This document shows positions 1-21,185 of a stretch of 64,000 bases of DNA, piece after piece; position 1 is the first letter of the stretch, and every line of letters begins with the position of its first letter. The notes under the pieces are model-generated. The model had not been told where the DNA came from. It was given only the letters and a program-made list of their open reading frames with translations, and searched no databases. Both the position numbers and the translations under genes were made by a program. The stretch is from Trichoplax adhaerens. Its lineage: Eukaryota; Animalia; Placozoa. The stretch is from NCBI RefSeq assembly GCF_000150275.1, contig NW_002060944.1, positions 499,614 through 563,613 of the forward strand, read 5' to 3'.

Positions 1-1403
1 TTTTCTGTATTAGTTCTATCTCTATCACAGTAAATACTAGCGATTTCTGACTCAGATTAAGTTGCATTAGTTGCAATGCTTGTAATCTTAACACGGTACT
101 TTGCGACAGCTTACTTGTTACCCTTTAGTAAATACGACATCGGGAGCAAATTATGATTATAATCTACAATAAAACGTCCATTTTCTCTATAGCCTTGAAG
201 TAATTCTCTAAATGATGACAAATTACGCTATAGCGGATACATCAAGCCCTCGATCCCAACATCCATTTATATGGCACAAAATTTACCCATTACTTGGGTA
301 CTTTTAGTTCATGAGCTATCAATTTTCTACGATTACTTCCAATGCCTATCAAATGATTCTAGAGCTATAATATTATTTCACTAACGCTGATTTCATAGTT
401 AAATTGAACTCTAGTAGATGTTTGATGTTAATTGCTGAGAGCATCTCTGGCACATAATGACATACAGACTATTTGGTATTACTATTTTGGAAGTATATGA
501 TTGTATTTCGATTCTAGAATACTGACCAGAATAAACATCATTGTCAGTGATTATTGTGGGACTAGAAATGCTAACTTTAATACGTTGAAAGAATGCCTAT
601 GATATAGCCCTTTGCAGATTCATTTTCCTACCAATTTTGCCATGATGTAAATTCTGCTGCTACTGCTACTGAAAATAGAATAGCTTCTGTATTTATTACA
701 TGGCGTTATTGTACAGAGATTTAGCTTTAACTACGTGTGTAACAATATTATTTCTTAATCACAATTTTAATTAATAATATAATCATCATTTCTTAATCTT
801 AATCATTATTTCTTCCTTGATTTCAATTTTGAAACTTTCGATTTTGACATACATTCTATGGCAGATTTCGATGAACTGCTGAAATCGACGTATGTTAAGG
901 TTGCGCCATTTTGAGATACAGTTTGCACACGAGAATAGTTTCAATCTTTCTTGATTAGAATTACCGCTATATATTTACACTAATCTACGTATACGACTTG
1001 AACGGCTTTAAACCACTTGATATAAAAATAAATAAAGCGATGGTAAAATCTTTTAATATTGTTTGCTTGAAGATTATTCGTTTAAGTAAAGCGATAAGCG
1101 CATCGTTAGCTACCATAACTGATTACTCTGCTATGCTATCCCCATCAGTACAAAATGTATGCCGCGATTGATATAGATAAAGCATTTGTATGTTGAACAC
1201 TTGAATGTATATTAGAATCATGATTCGATAAATACGAGATAGTATTGTAAGCTTGTGGATAATTATAATTGAAAGGGGATTTCATTTTGTTGCAATCGCT
1301 GCTTCAATAAAGTGCTCGACTTCATTAAAATGATATGGACAAATTACCTTAGGAGGGCTCCAAGCTAGAATAGACTATGATTGCATCCATAATCCTACAT
1401 AAG

Positions 1404-1872
1404 TACAAATGTAGACTAAATTAATTTCCTTATACACTATGCAGCCAACAGATTGACAGGGAATTAGCTGAAGTTCTAGATCCAATTGAGAGCACCAACA
1501 TTGATGATGATTTGGTATCAAATATACCACATGTCAATGGCACAAATGTAGAGTCTAAATTGATTTCCTTATACACTAGACCATAGTTGAGAGGGGGTAA
1601 GCAGTAATTCAAATAATTTTTGCTATTCACGTATGGTCTATTGTACACTACACAGCCTGTTAACAGATTGACTGGGAATTAGCTCAAGTTTTAGATCCAA
1701 TTGAGAGCACCAACATTGATGATGATTTGGTATCAAATATACCACATGTCAATGGCACAAATGTAGACTAAATTGATTTCCTTGTACACTATACAGCCAG
1801 CAAATTCACTGGGAATTCGCTAAAGTTCCAGATCCAATGGAGAGCATCAACATTGATGACGATTTGATATCA
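1404..1872. repeat. Diverged tandem repeat, about 3 copies of a ~135 bp unit
   Basis: Blocks 'agatccaattgagagcaccaacattgatgatgatttggtatca' and 'acaaatgtagactaaattgatttcctt' recur at ~1405-1580, ~1645-1790 and ~1790-1872, with a ~60 bp interruption. Confidence 0.85.
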
Positions 1873-2635
1873 GTCAAGCACGTAGTGAATTGTATGCTTT
1901 GCCTAATACTTGTACTCCTATCATACAGTACACTGTAGTATGTATATTTATATAGGATCTACATGATTAGTTAGAACGTTCTATTGATACTAATGAGTAG
2001 CTGACTATTGCTCAGTTAATCTACTTATGATTACTTGGTGCTTTAATATTGTCTTGCTACGAGATCGATCAATATCCAACTGCCTGGTAGCAAGTTAAGA
2101 TGATGGCGGCCATCATCGTTTTCTCTTATTTGCCCCTTGGAGCCTCTGCTATGATTACAGTGTATAGTGAACTTCATACTGTAAAAACTGACAGAGTCGA
2201 CTACAACTGTATCAAATTAATCTCGTACTGTACACTGTGAAGTACAGTATAAAGTTCAATTCTGTTGATCGACGCTGTCAGAGACTGCAACCTGCTTTGC
2301 CAATGGACTACTCCATATTTGTAGTTATGATTATTGCTGTTAGTTATTGACAAACTAAGCTAAATGAAGTCTCATCCGGTATTAGAAACACTGCTGTCGT
2401 CTGTAGTCTAGCTAATAATCGGATTACATATTCCCGGAGTCTGGTATTATCGCCAATGTTGTAAGCACACTTGCAACAGCAAGTCCATGTTTCAGCTCAG
2501 CTAAAGCAAAACTCGTCCATAAATAATCTTGTTTCAGTATTAGAGTTGAACTAGTTAGTATTCCTAAATGGAATCCAACGATCCAACGTATTATTCAAAG
2601 TAGTGAGTACGGACGACTTATCCTAGGCTAGTTGG

Positions 2636-3631
2636 ATGATTTCTATGGCACAACCTGAAGATTTGATATTATCCGATGTCTATTTATCCAGCTACAACCA
2701 AACTCAAGCTCTGCAACCTCATCAGTCTGCAAGACAATGTCCTTATGATGAAAAGATAACTCGATTCGCTTATCGGACTAGAAGCGAGCAAGAAGAGGAG
2801 GATGATGATGATCGATCAGACATGAGATTCGATAGCGATGGAGATATGCAGTTGCAGCGCAGAAAAATAAACAAGGAGAGCTTTGCAAGATCGGTGCTCA
2901 TACGACACTGCATGGCCACACCTTTACAGCAAGTGGGTTTACAAGTTTGGAGAGGAGCTCTGCTAATGTGTGATTTTATACTTCATCATGTTCAGCTATT
3001 TCGAGAATGTTATTGTTTAGAATTAGGAGCAGGTGTTGGCCTAGCGAGTCTAATAGTAGCGCCCTATGCAAAACGCGTTTATGCAACTGATATTGGTGAC
3101 GATATTCTAAAAAATTGCTACCTCAATCTTAACTACAATGAACATTTACTGACCAATAGATCAATTTATGATATCATTCGAGTTCGAGAATTAAATTGGC
3201 TAGATGGTATACCGAAACTAGATTCTAATAGCGCAGCCAGTACAATAAACGGTCAATTTTCATGGCTAAAGGATGATCTTCTCGAATTGTATGATTGTGT
3301 CGATACGATAATCGCGTGCGATGTTATTTATGATGATAACCAAACAAGTGCATTATTAACATTAATCAAAGATATACTAACGCTAAGGAATCCGAAAAAT
3401 AGTAGAAAAACTGTTTATGTAGCTATGGAAAAAAGAATTAATTTTACTTTAATAGATTTAGAGGAAACTGCACCAGCTTATAATCATTTCCTCAGCAGCT
3501 TGGATGAGCTGATAGTAAAGAATGACTGCAAGCTTACTGCTCAACGAATTGATATCAGTTTCCCACAATACTTTCAATATGAACGCGTAAAGCAATTAGA
3601 GTTATGGAAATTGACTGCTGGCCTGGAATAG
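2636..3631 (+). CDS. METTL22: Methyltransferase-like protein 22 (seven-beta-strand lysine methyltransferase), single coding exon
   Basis: 331 aa ORF with IRHCMATPLQQVGLQVWRGALLMCDFIL, SAM motif I LELGAGVG, ATD, motif II IIACDVIYDD, EKRINFTL and C-terminal YERVKQLELWKL, all matching the METTL22 family. Confidence 0.92.
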   Translation: MISMAQPEDLILSDVYLSSYNQTQALQPHQSARQCPYDEKITRFAYRTRSEQEEEDDDDRSDMRFDSDGDMQLQRRKINKESFARSVLIRHCMATPLQQVGLQVWRGALLMCDFILHHVQLFRECYCLELGAGVGLASLIVAPYAKRVYATDIGDDILKNCYLNLNYNEHLLTNRSIYDIIRVRELNWLDGIPKLDSNSAASTINGQFSWLKDDLLELYDCVDTIIACDVIYDDNQTSALLTLIKDILTLRNPKNSRKTVYVAMEKRINFTLIDLEETAPAYNHFLSSLDELIVKNDCKLTAQRIDISFPQYFQYERVKQLELWKLTAGLE

Positions 3632-5027
3632 TCTTGCAGCAGGACGGTATTCCAGTAAAAAAATGACTAAAATAATATTTAGTAGTTTAAATGATAATGT
3701 CAACCGATCTAATAGTAAAACTCTCATCAACGTATCATAGAAGTTCTTGTTAAACAGCATCTATTACTGATATCATGCTAGAATCAATGAATGGATACAA
3801 TTACTAATGGTGTTTTTTAGCAACATCCTCTATCCATTATTGTATCAGCTAAACTTCTAACTTACTACGATTGAGTAAATGCCTACATAAAACGTTATTT
3901 CTTACTGTCAGGTGTTCCGTGGTATAATCAATCCATCACCACCTTTACGTTGGGTTTCGCACCTCCATTACTAGGATTAATACTGTATAGCATAGAAGTG
4001 ATATTCAACATTATAAAAAGTGATCATTACGACCAGGAAATTTTGACTGCAAATTTAACAATTTACAGGATTATCCACTCGCAATGTCTTATATCTTGCG
4101 TACTTGTTGTAGATTTGATTACAATCAATTAACTTATGATATTTACTAAGTAATGTACAAAAGATTCTAGACATCGCCTCCATCATTAATTCAATTATTT
4201 GTTGTTCTTGCAATCTATCTCGTAAATAAATTGTTTAGTAATGTATTCCATGAATGACACAAGCTAACTAATTTTCTCCTATCGGATTCTGAGGATTTAT
4301 TTTTAAAGTAATTCGATACCAATATATCGAATCATTCCTATCATGAGATAAAGCTAACCAGACAATGATTTCACTACAGTGCAGGTAAAATTCGAAATAC
4401 ATTTATTAACATTACAGGAGAATCGCCATAAATTCAAAAAGAGCGAAATGTTAGTAATTACAATGCAATGGTATTCTACAATATAGTCCTTGACGTCGTT
4501 CATAATATTGATATAATGAAGTGATCATTGCAAGAAATGTTGTAAGTCCGCTTTGATAAATCATACTGAGCATCGTAAATAATTAATATTAACTGTACAT
4601 TTATGCCCAAATCTGCACGAACCTTACCCTAAAATATACGGTTAAAATAGCAATGCAATCAGAAGCGACTGCAAATTATAGCTCTGGTAACAGTATGATG
4701 TTGCCAATTTCGTAACAAAAGGAAAAAGACTATAAATTGCATTATATACAGTATAGTACGTCATGACTTCAAATTTCCTTGACAGAAAGGAGTAAAACAT
4801 ATTTCTTCAGTTATTAATTAATTATTTATCATAATTACCAGTCTTAATTTAATAGTATACGTATAATACAAATTCTAAAATCTAAGATTTAAAATCTGTT
4901 CATAGAATGACTTCGTCCTACAACAGTTGCATAAGAATTTACCATTTTTAAGATCACATCAATATTATAGGTTTAAAAGAGAATAAAAGTTTGTATCACG
5001 GCTTATCTCATCCACCATTTTCAGGCT

Positions 5028-13905
<8,878 letters not shown>

Positions 13906-14151
13906 AATGCAGTCTAATAGTAGAATGCAACGGCCAATAAGAAAGTAAAGAACCAATTGGAATGGTCCAGTTCAACAACAACCACTAACGAAGGTGGAAA
14001 AAGTTCAAGCAGCTGGCTGCAATCACCCGCCAAATGCAAGTTGCCCCCTGGAAAAGAAAATGCCAGTCATGCATCCAACGACAACTCTTCTACTGCCAAA
14101 TCATTTCTCCCTCTCGACCTACCTTACCAACCACAAGTTCAATCATCCACC

Positions 14152-17100
14152 ATGAACCAAGAGGTAAGAACGAGGTGAATTAAGATCCAAATTGGCACAG
14201 CAAGATTGATTTGCAATCTTCACCAAGCGTCGACAAGCAGCTAATGCTAATTCCACCTGGCCAATTTGAGCATGGATTGCACCGGCCTAGTTACTACGGT
14301 TACAGGAGGGCCGAGTACCCAGAGAGATGGAGGCATGGAATATCCTATACGTTGTCATGCTGTTGGAAATGATGACAGTGGCAATAAGACAATTTTAGTG
14401 GTGTATTGGATGCCATGGTAACAACAACACAGTGGTATGGTAGAGTAGACTGACGTCTTGCAGGTCACCAATAGCGGGAATGAGGATCGGATGGAGGTGA
14501 TGCATGCCCATAGTCAAGGCTATAGCGTGTCCGATACGTTGCTCAGAGTACAGTATTCAGTAGAGTATTGCACGAGCAAATCGCTTTGGCCAACAAAGGA
14601 ATCATGGAGGGCCTTATGGACAAAGACTTCTTGCACGCTATTTCTTTCCTCTTTGAGGCCATTTCTCTCTATTCCAGCAGACTTTTAAAGGTCTTGATCA
14701 GGCTAGAAATGGAAAGAAAGCTCTGTCCAATTAGGGCCTATACTTTCATGCAGTTCGACGTTGATGTTAGTCATTTATGCAGGCCCATTGGGGACCAACG
14801 AGATCCACAAAATGGCCAATACTTTCTTACAAGCTGAATAACATCAATTCTACCTTGGTGTTCATCAATACCTTGGCTTGATAATTCTCTAGCAGACTAG
14901 AACAGGTCTTGTTGATCAGGCTAGAAATGGAAAGAAAGCTCTGTCCAATTAGGGCCTATACTTTCATACAGTTCGACGTTGATGTTATTCATTTATGCAG
15001 GCCCATTGGGGACCAACGAGATCCACAAAATGGCCAATTGGGTCAGTAGATGGCCAATACTTTCTTACAAGCTGAATAACATCAATTCTACATTGGTGTT
15101 CATCAATACCTTGGCTTGATAATTCTCTAGCAGACTAGAACAGGTCTTGTTGATCAGGCTAGAAATGGATAGAAAGCTCTGTCCAATTAGGGGCCTATTC
15201 TTTCATGCACTTTGACGTTGATGTTTGTCATTTGTGCAGGCCAATTGGCGACCAACGGGATCTACAAAATGGCCAATTTGATGAGTAGATGGCCAATACT
15301 TTCTCACAAGCTGCATAATTCAATCCTACGTTGATGTTCATCAATATGATATCCTTTTCCTATTCTAGTTTGAGTAAAATAAATTGTATGTGGAAATTCG
15401 AACTTTCGAATGGGATAATAGGGCTAAAATACTCCCTTCGCTACCACTACAAATTGAAATGATGTACTGCTCATTTCCACTCGCAAAATCGACATAGACG
15501 CCACATTGCCTATCCATAGCGACTAGAATTTCTTGCCTATGCAATGACTATTTCCTATTCTAAATCAATTCAATCTGGAAATTTGAGGTTAGACAAGGCC
15601 ATAAACGATATGACTTAGATAATTTGTTGGCTACCGTTGGAAATGGGGATTTTAAATACGACCTATTTCCTACGCAAATTTATACCAATCCCTTATATAA
15701 AATACGGCCATACTTTATGAGAAGTTGAATAATATGAAACTATGACTTCATATTTGCATTCTGTCTAATTCCTATTCCAAATGAACTAGACTTGATCAAT
15801 TTCAGATCGAAACTACGCCATAGATAATAGGCGACTTGATCAATTTCATATCGAAACGAGGCAATAGATAATAGACGGTTTGATCAATTTCAAATCGAAA
15901 CGAGGCCATAAATAATAGGCGATTTGATCAATGTCAAATCGAAACGAGACCATAGATAATCCGTGACTTAATCCATTTCAAATCAAAACTAGGCTATAAA
16001 TTAAAATGCGACTTGATCAATTTCAAATCGAAACGAGGCCATAGATAATAGGCGATTTGATCAATGTCATATCGAAACGAGGCCATAGATAATCCGTGAC
16101 TTAATCCATTTCAAATCAAAACTAGGCTATAAATTAAAGTGCGACTTGATCAATTTCAAATCGAAACGAGGCCATAGATAATACGCGACTTGATCTATTC
16201 CAAATCAAAACTAGGCTATAAATTAAAGTGCGACTTGATCAATTTCAAATCGAAACGAGGCCATAGATAATACGCGACTTGATCCATTTCAAATCAAAAC
16301 TAGGCTATAAACTAAAATGCGACTTGATCAATTTCAAATCGAAACGAGGCCATAGATAATACGCGACTTGATCCATTTCAAATCAAAACTAGGCTATCAA
16401 CTAAAATGCGACTTGATCAATTTCTAATCGAAACTAGCCTATAGATAATATGGCTCTGATATTTTGTAGGCTATCGTTAGAAATTCAATTTACATGCTGT
16501 CTATTCGGCTCGTAAATCTGTATTAAGCCTTATAAAATGCAGCCATACTGTCTTACAAGTAGGACTACCATTTCCTACTCTAAATAATCCGATCTGGAAG
16601 TTCTAGGTTTAGACAAGGCCATAAACAATATGACTAAGATACTTTGTTGACTACCGTTGGAAATTCAATTTTAAATGCTACCTATTTCGCACTCAAATCC
16701 ATATCAATCCTTATAAAATATAGCCAAACTTGAGAAAAAGTTGAATAACATTAAACCATGCGTCTTTATTAGCATTGCGTCTATTTCCTATTCTAAATGA
16801 ATTAGACTTGATCAATTTCAACTTCCTATTGTAAATAAATTTGATCTGAAAAATTCTAAGTTTAAGCGAGACCATCCATAAACAATATGAATAAGATGCT
16901 TTGGTGGCTATCGTTAGAAATTCAATTTAGATACTGCCTATTTCGGACACAAATCCTTATGAATACGGCTATCCTTTAAAAAAAATTGACTAACATTAAA
17001 TCATACATTCATGTTGGTATTTTATTCATTTCCTATTCTAAATGAATTAGGCTTGGTCAATTCCAAGTCTAAACTAACCCATAGATAATCATAATATAGC

Positions 17101-18086
17101 CGAGATACTTTGTAGACTAGCGCTAGAAATTCAATTCATATACTCTTTATAAGGCTCGTATGTCTATATATAAAGACTTATAAAATGCGGCCATACTTTC
17201 TGTAAGTTGAACGGCCATTCCTATTCTAAATGAATTCAATCTGGAAAATTCCAAGTCTAGACAAGATCATAAACAATACGGATAATATACTTTATTGGCT
17301 ACCATTCGAAATCCAATTTAGATGCTGCCTATTTCGGACTCAAAATTCATGCAAAGTCTTATATACGCGTGTAAAATGCAGCCATACTTTTAACAAGTTG
17401 AATGACATTTAACCATGTATTTATACTAGCTTTATGTCCATTTCCTATTCTGAATGAGTTGGTTATTAATAATATGGCTAAGATATTTTGTAGGCTACCA
17501 CGAGAGATTCAATTTACGTACTGCCCAGTTCACTTTGCAAATCCATGCAAAGTCTTATAAAATATGGGTATACATTTTAACTCTCTGAATGACATTTATA
17601 ATCCCTCCGTTCGCATTAACGTGATGTCTGTTTCCTATTGTAAATGAAAATTCCTAGTTTAGGCTAGGCTACTGCTACAAATTTAATTGAGATGCGAACC
17701 GAAATAGACAACATTGGCCGCCTTATGACATATGTAAGACTATAAAGGTGATCTTCGTGTGAACGTGCCATCATTTAGTATTTGCCTAATAAAGCAAGTA
17801 GGACTGAATTATCGTGTGTGTTACTGGATATAACCATTGCATCAGTAGATACATAGTAAAATTGGACACTATGGATAGGGCCACAGGCAGTCTACGTAAA
17901 AGTTGAAAATAATTCTTAACGCTAATCTATATCGATTTGTGGCTATACGTAGGCATGATTTAGAAAATTTTCAAAAATAGCATTCAATGGACATTACTAG
18001 CCAAAGAGAACTTGTCTAATGTTTGTAAACTCTAATCAATACTAATTTAGAGCTACCTGCTTGTGGAATTCAGGAACTATTCAAAG
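14152..18086 (+). CDS. Possible unidentified spliced gene divergent from SUZ12 (extent uncertain)
   Basis: tccaccATG AAC CAA GAG|gtaaga (14152-14163); ctgacgtcttgcag|VTNSGNEDRME|gtgatg (14464-14496); ctaattttag|SYLLVEFRNYSK|gtacgt (18051-18086). All phase 0; no homology recognised. Confidence 0.3.
14676..15346. repeat. Tandem repeat, 3 copies of ~215-240 bp
   Basis: 'ttgatcaggctagaaatgga(a/t)agaaagctctgtccaattaggg...gaccaacg(a/g)gatc..caaaatggccaat' at ~14695, ~14912 and ~15150. Confidence 0.95.
15551..17660. repeat. Diverged ~200-250 bp tandem satellite
   Basis: 'tttcctattctaaat' followed by 'ataaacaatatg...ctaccgttggaaattcaattt...tataaaatgcagccatact...aagttgaat' recurs at ~15551, 15769, 16571, 16784, 17030, 17218, 17441 and 17631. 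Confidence 0.8.
15789..16450. repeat. 44/45 bp minisatellite with A/B alternation, nested in the larger satellite
   Basis: A unit gacttgatcaatttcaaatcgaaacgaggccatagataatacgc (44 bp); B unit gacttgatccatttcaaatcaaaactaggctataaa(t/c)taaa(a/g)tgc (45 bp); ~15 units. Confidence 0.95.
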
Positions 18087-21000
18087 GTACGTATTGGCCG
18101 TTACCAAGAGAAGATGTCAAACATTTTTAAACGCGAATCGATACTGACATGCAGCGACATGGGTGTTGGGTTTAGAAGCTTTACAGAGGTATACGCCATT
18201 ATGGAATGAATGTTACCCGCGTAGGAGAACATATCCAATTTTTCTAAATGGTTCGAAATATTGGACATTACTTATGTGTAACATAGCCATGCTTGGAATT
18301 AAATGCTACGAGATGGCTAGGAATATAGCAAGTCTATAGTATTTCTATACGATCCAAATGCCAATCCAACATTTTGGCTGTGATATTCATATTAAATTCA
18401 AAATGTCAACAAAAAAGATCAAATTCTAAATTGCCGTTATAGTTTAAGATAGTAAACGTGATAAGGTAATTGATTTAGAAATAGACAGTTGTAATAATTG
18501 AGGTAAAATTGCAATATTCAACCGATAATGGATTTCCATTAACGACTGTGTCGATTTAGGTTAAGTACTCTGCAAAATACCTGTAATAATCAAAATGACG
18601 GTTGTCACACTTTTATGCAATCTGTTAGGCATTAAGTGGATTTAAGCAGGCACATAATATATTAATTAACACATATATATGCTCTAGAAGAATAAATATA
18701 ATTACATGTGTATAGAAAAAGACTATATTACGGTATAGGAAATTATGAACAGATTGTACAGGTGGAGTTTGGCACAAGTAGATAAGGAAGCGCATTTGTA
18801 CTTAAAAAGGTAGGAGAGTAATTTAAGCTGGAGTGGAACGACAGTTGAATAAAGATAGCTTTGTAATATATTACCTAGTAAACTTCTAGACTGACTCATT
18901 TACTGTTGACTAAGGTCCTTCGCGAAGGTAGTAAAAGTTGTGACACTTGGTAGCAGATTTACAATACGGTAGAAGGGTTTTACAGGTAATCATAGACGAA
19001 GAATTTATTATAACTAACGAAATTGATGACAATTACATAGGCCAATCAATACAATGCTGGTCCTTTAATGATCAGTAACAGTAAAATGCCAGCGCACAGA
19101 AATATAAAGTAATTTTATAGTAGCATCTAGCTGGAATGAATATCCGTCCATCTCTAGTTCATTAAAATTTCGCTTTTTGCAATACACATAAACAAGCCCT
19201 TAGGAACACTAGGTACTCTAGCAAGAGTATAATTTTATCTGCTCTTTATTCCAGATAATATCTCTGGTTTGACACAATGACGTGATAAACTTAGGGGGAA
19301 AAAGTTAAAGAAGGGGGTTAAAATGCACTGACAGATATACTCTTAGTTGGTATTTGTAGGTTATATGGTGTGAGCATCCACAACTTATAACCAAGTTTAA
19401 TATCATGCATACTATATGCACTCTTAACGACTACACTCACGTGTGTTGCCTTCTCACTATTCATTAAATCGGCGTATTGATATCCAATTATGCTCTTGGG
19501 TAGGAATAAATAAACTTACTTCTAGCATGCCACAAAAGATTTTCGATACGTTTAAAATATTGAACTCAGCCATCAATGGATTTTTACTTTATGACTGCAG
19601 TACAGTCATGAGCTGATTTTTGCAATATTTATTCGAGGGCATAGATACATTTCATTATAAAATATCACGAGAACTAGGATATAGTTGTATAATTACGCTT
19701 TATTGAGGCAATAGCAACGAATAGCTCTGCTCATTGTGCTGCATACGAGTACGAAGCATATTTAAAAAAGTTAATCATAAAACAAAATAGTAAAATATAT
19801 CATAGTATAAGAGTATTATACCGTATTATTGACATATCTGAACTACTTTAATCAAGAAAAGACGCTAGATAAGGTAATTTAGATGCTATGGTATTGAAGA
19901 GGAAGTTTAATGAGAGTAGATTTCAAAAACTTGTTGAATAAAGATATAGGATTGAAAGAATTATAGAAAAATCGTCGTTGTAAATTTAGGCTATATTACG
20001 TGCATGCTTTTGCAAACCATACCCGATTTATAACAATGCAAGTTCAGACGTAAAATATTTGCAGATCAGACTTTATCAATGAAAAATTATTCAACGCTTT
20101 ATTTCTATCACTGTATTATGTTTGAAATGTCTAATGGCATATTACGAAATATGACATTGAAATGACGGGATATATCATATGTTCAATAATTCGTCGGCCT
20201 TGGGGACCTTAAATGAACTGAGAGTAATTGCTGCTTTGTACGAGTATTAATCGCTTATAATACTATTACCACATTATACTCTGCACAGAAGCTGCTTTAT
20301 TGATCATAATAATAGGACTACTTACTACAACGCACGAATTAACCTATACTGCTCGCTATTCAACGCGTCTTGTCGATTCCTTTTCGTAAATCTTTACGCT
20401 ACGAGAACTTACTTTACTTGATAATCTGCCATAAGAATGCAGGACTATATGTATTTCCTTAAACTGTAGTAGGTAAAAACACTGACAGTATTCCGGTTCG
20501 CTTCCATTAAACTACAGCAGGACCGAAGCAATGAATCGTAACTTTAAAACATTGCATAAATAAATGAAATAATTTATTTTGTTTCAATAAGTAAAGGTTT
20601 CATTATCTTTATAGTATGCAATAATTAGAACCAATTTAAAGTTGAAAAACGAGTGCCGTAAACGTGTTCAAGACTGTCAAGGCTTAGAAATTTTTCATAC
20701 AGAGTTTAGTTAAATTTTTACATACCAAATCACATCGCTATTGCAAACTAAATGGCTTCATACTATACGAATATTACTTTCAAAGCTAGAATAGCGGCAA
20801 GTTTCTTATAATATAGTATAACACATTCTGTTCTAGAATATTGACATATCGTAGCACTATCACGTTGTGTAACAGAATACTACCATTTACTAAGACGATT
20901 TGACGCCACATAAGTTAATATAATGTTTAAGTGAGCCAAATTTAAGTATTCTCAATTCCATTTAAACATTGTATCTTTCAATTCAGTAATGCATGACGTT

Positions 21001-21185
21001 ATCACTATGAGTATAATATGCAGGCGACTTTCTGATATCGACGTCGTTCTCTTAATAAAACAAAAATTCTTAAAACGTATTATACATCACTAGTAATTAC
21101 TATGAAAGCAATTTATTTCGCTATGAGAAGCAAGTTACAGCGGAGCTGTAAGATTTTCCTATAACTTTGACGATCTTAGAATCAT

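Noticed and set aside
878-915. Plus-strand MADFDELLKS|gtatgt as a first exon
   Set aside because: No compatible downstream exon identified; could be chance.
2099-2117. Short hairpin gatgatgg-cgg-ccatcatc
   Set aside because: An 8 bp stem with a partial YY1-like core is too short to call a structured RNA or a site.
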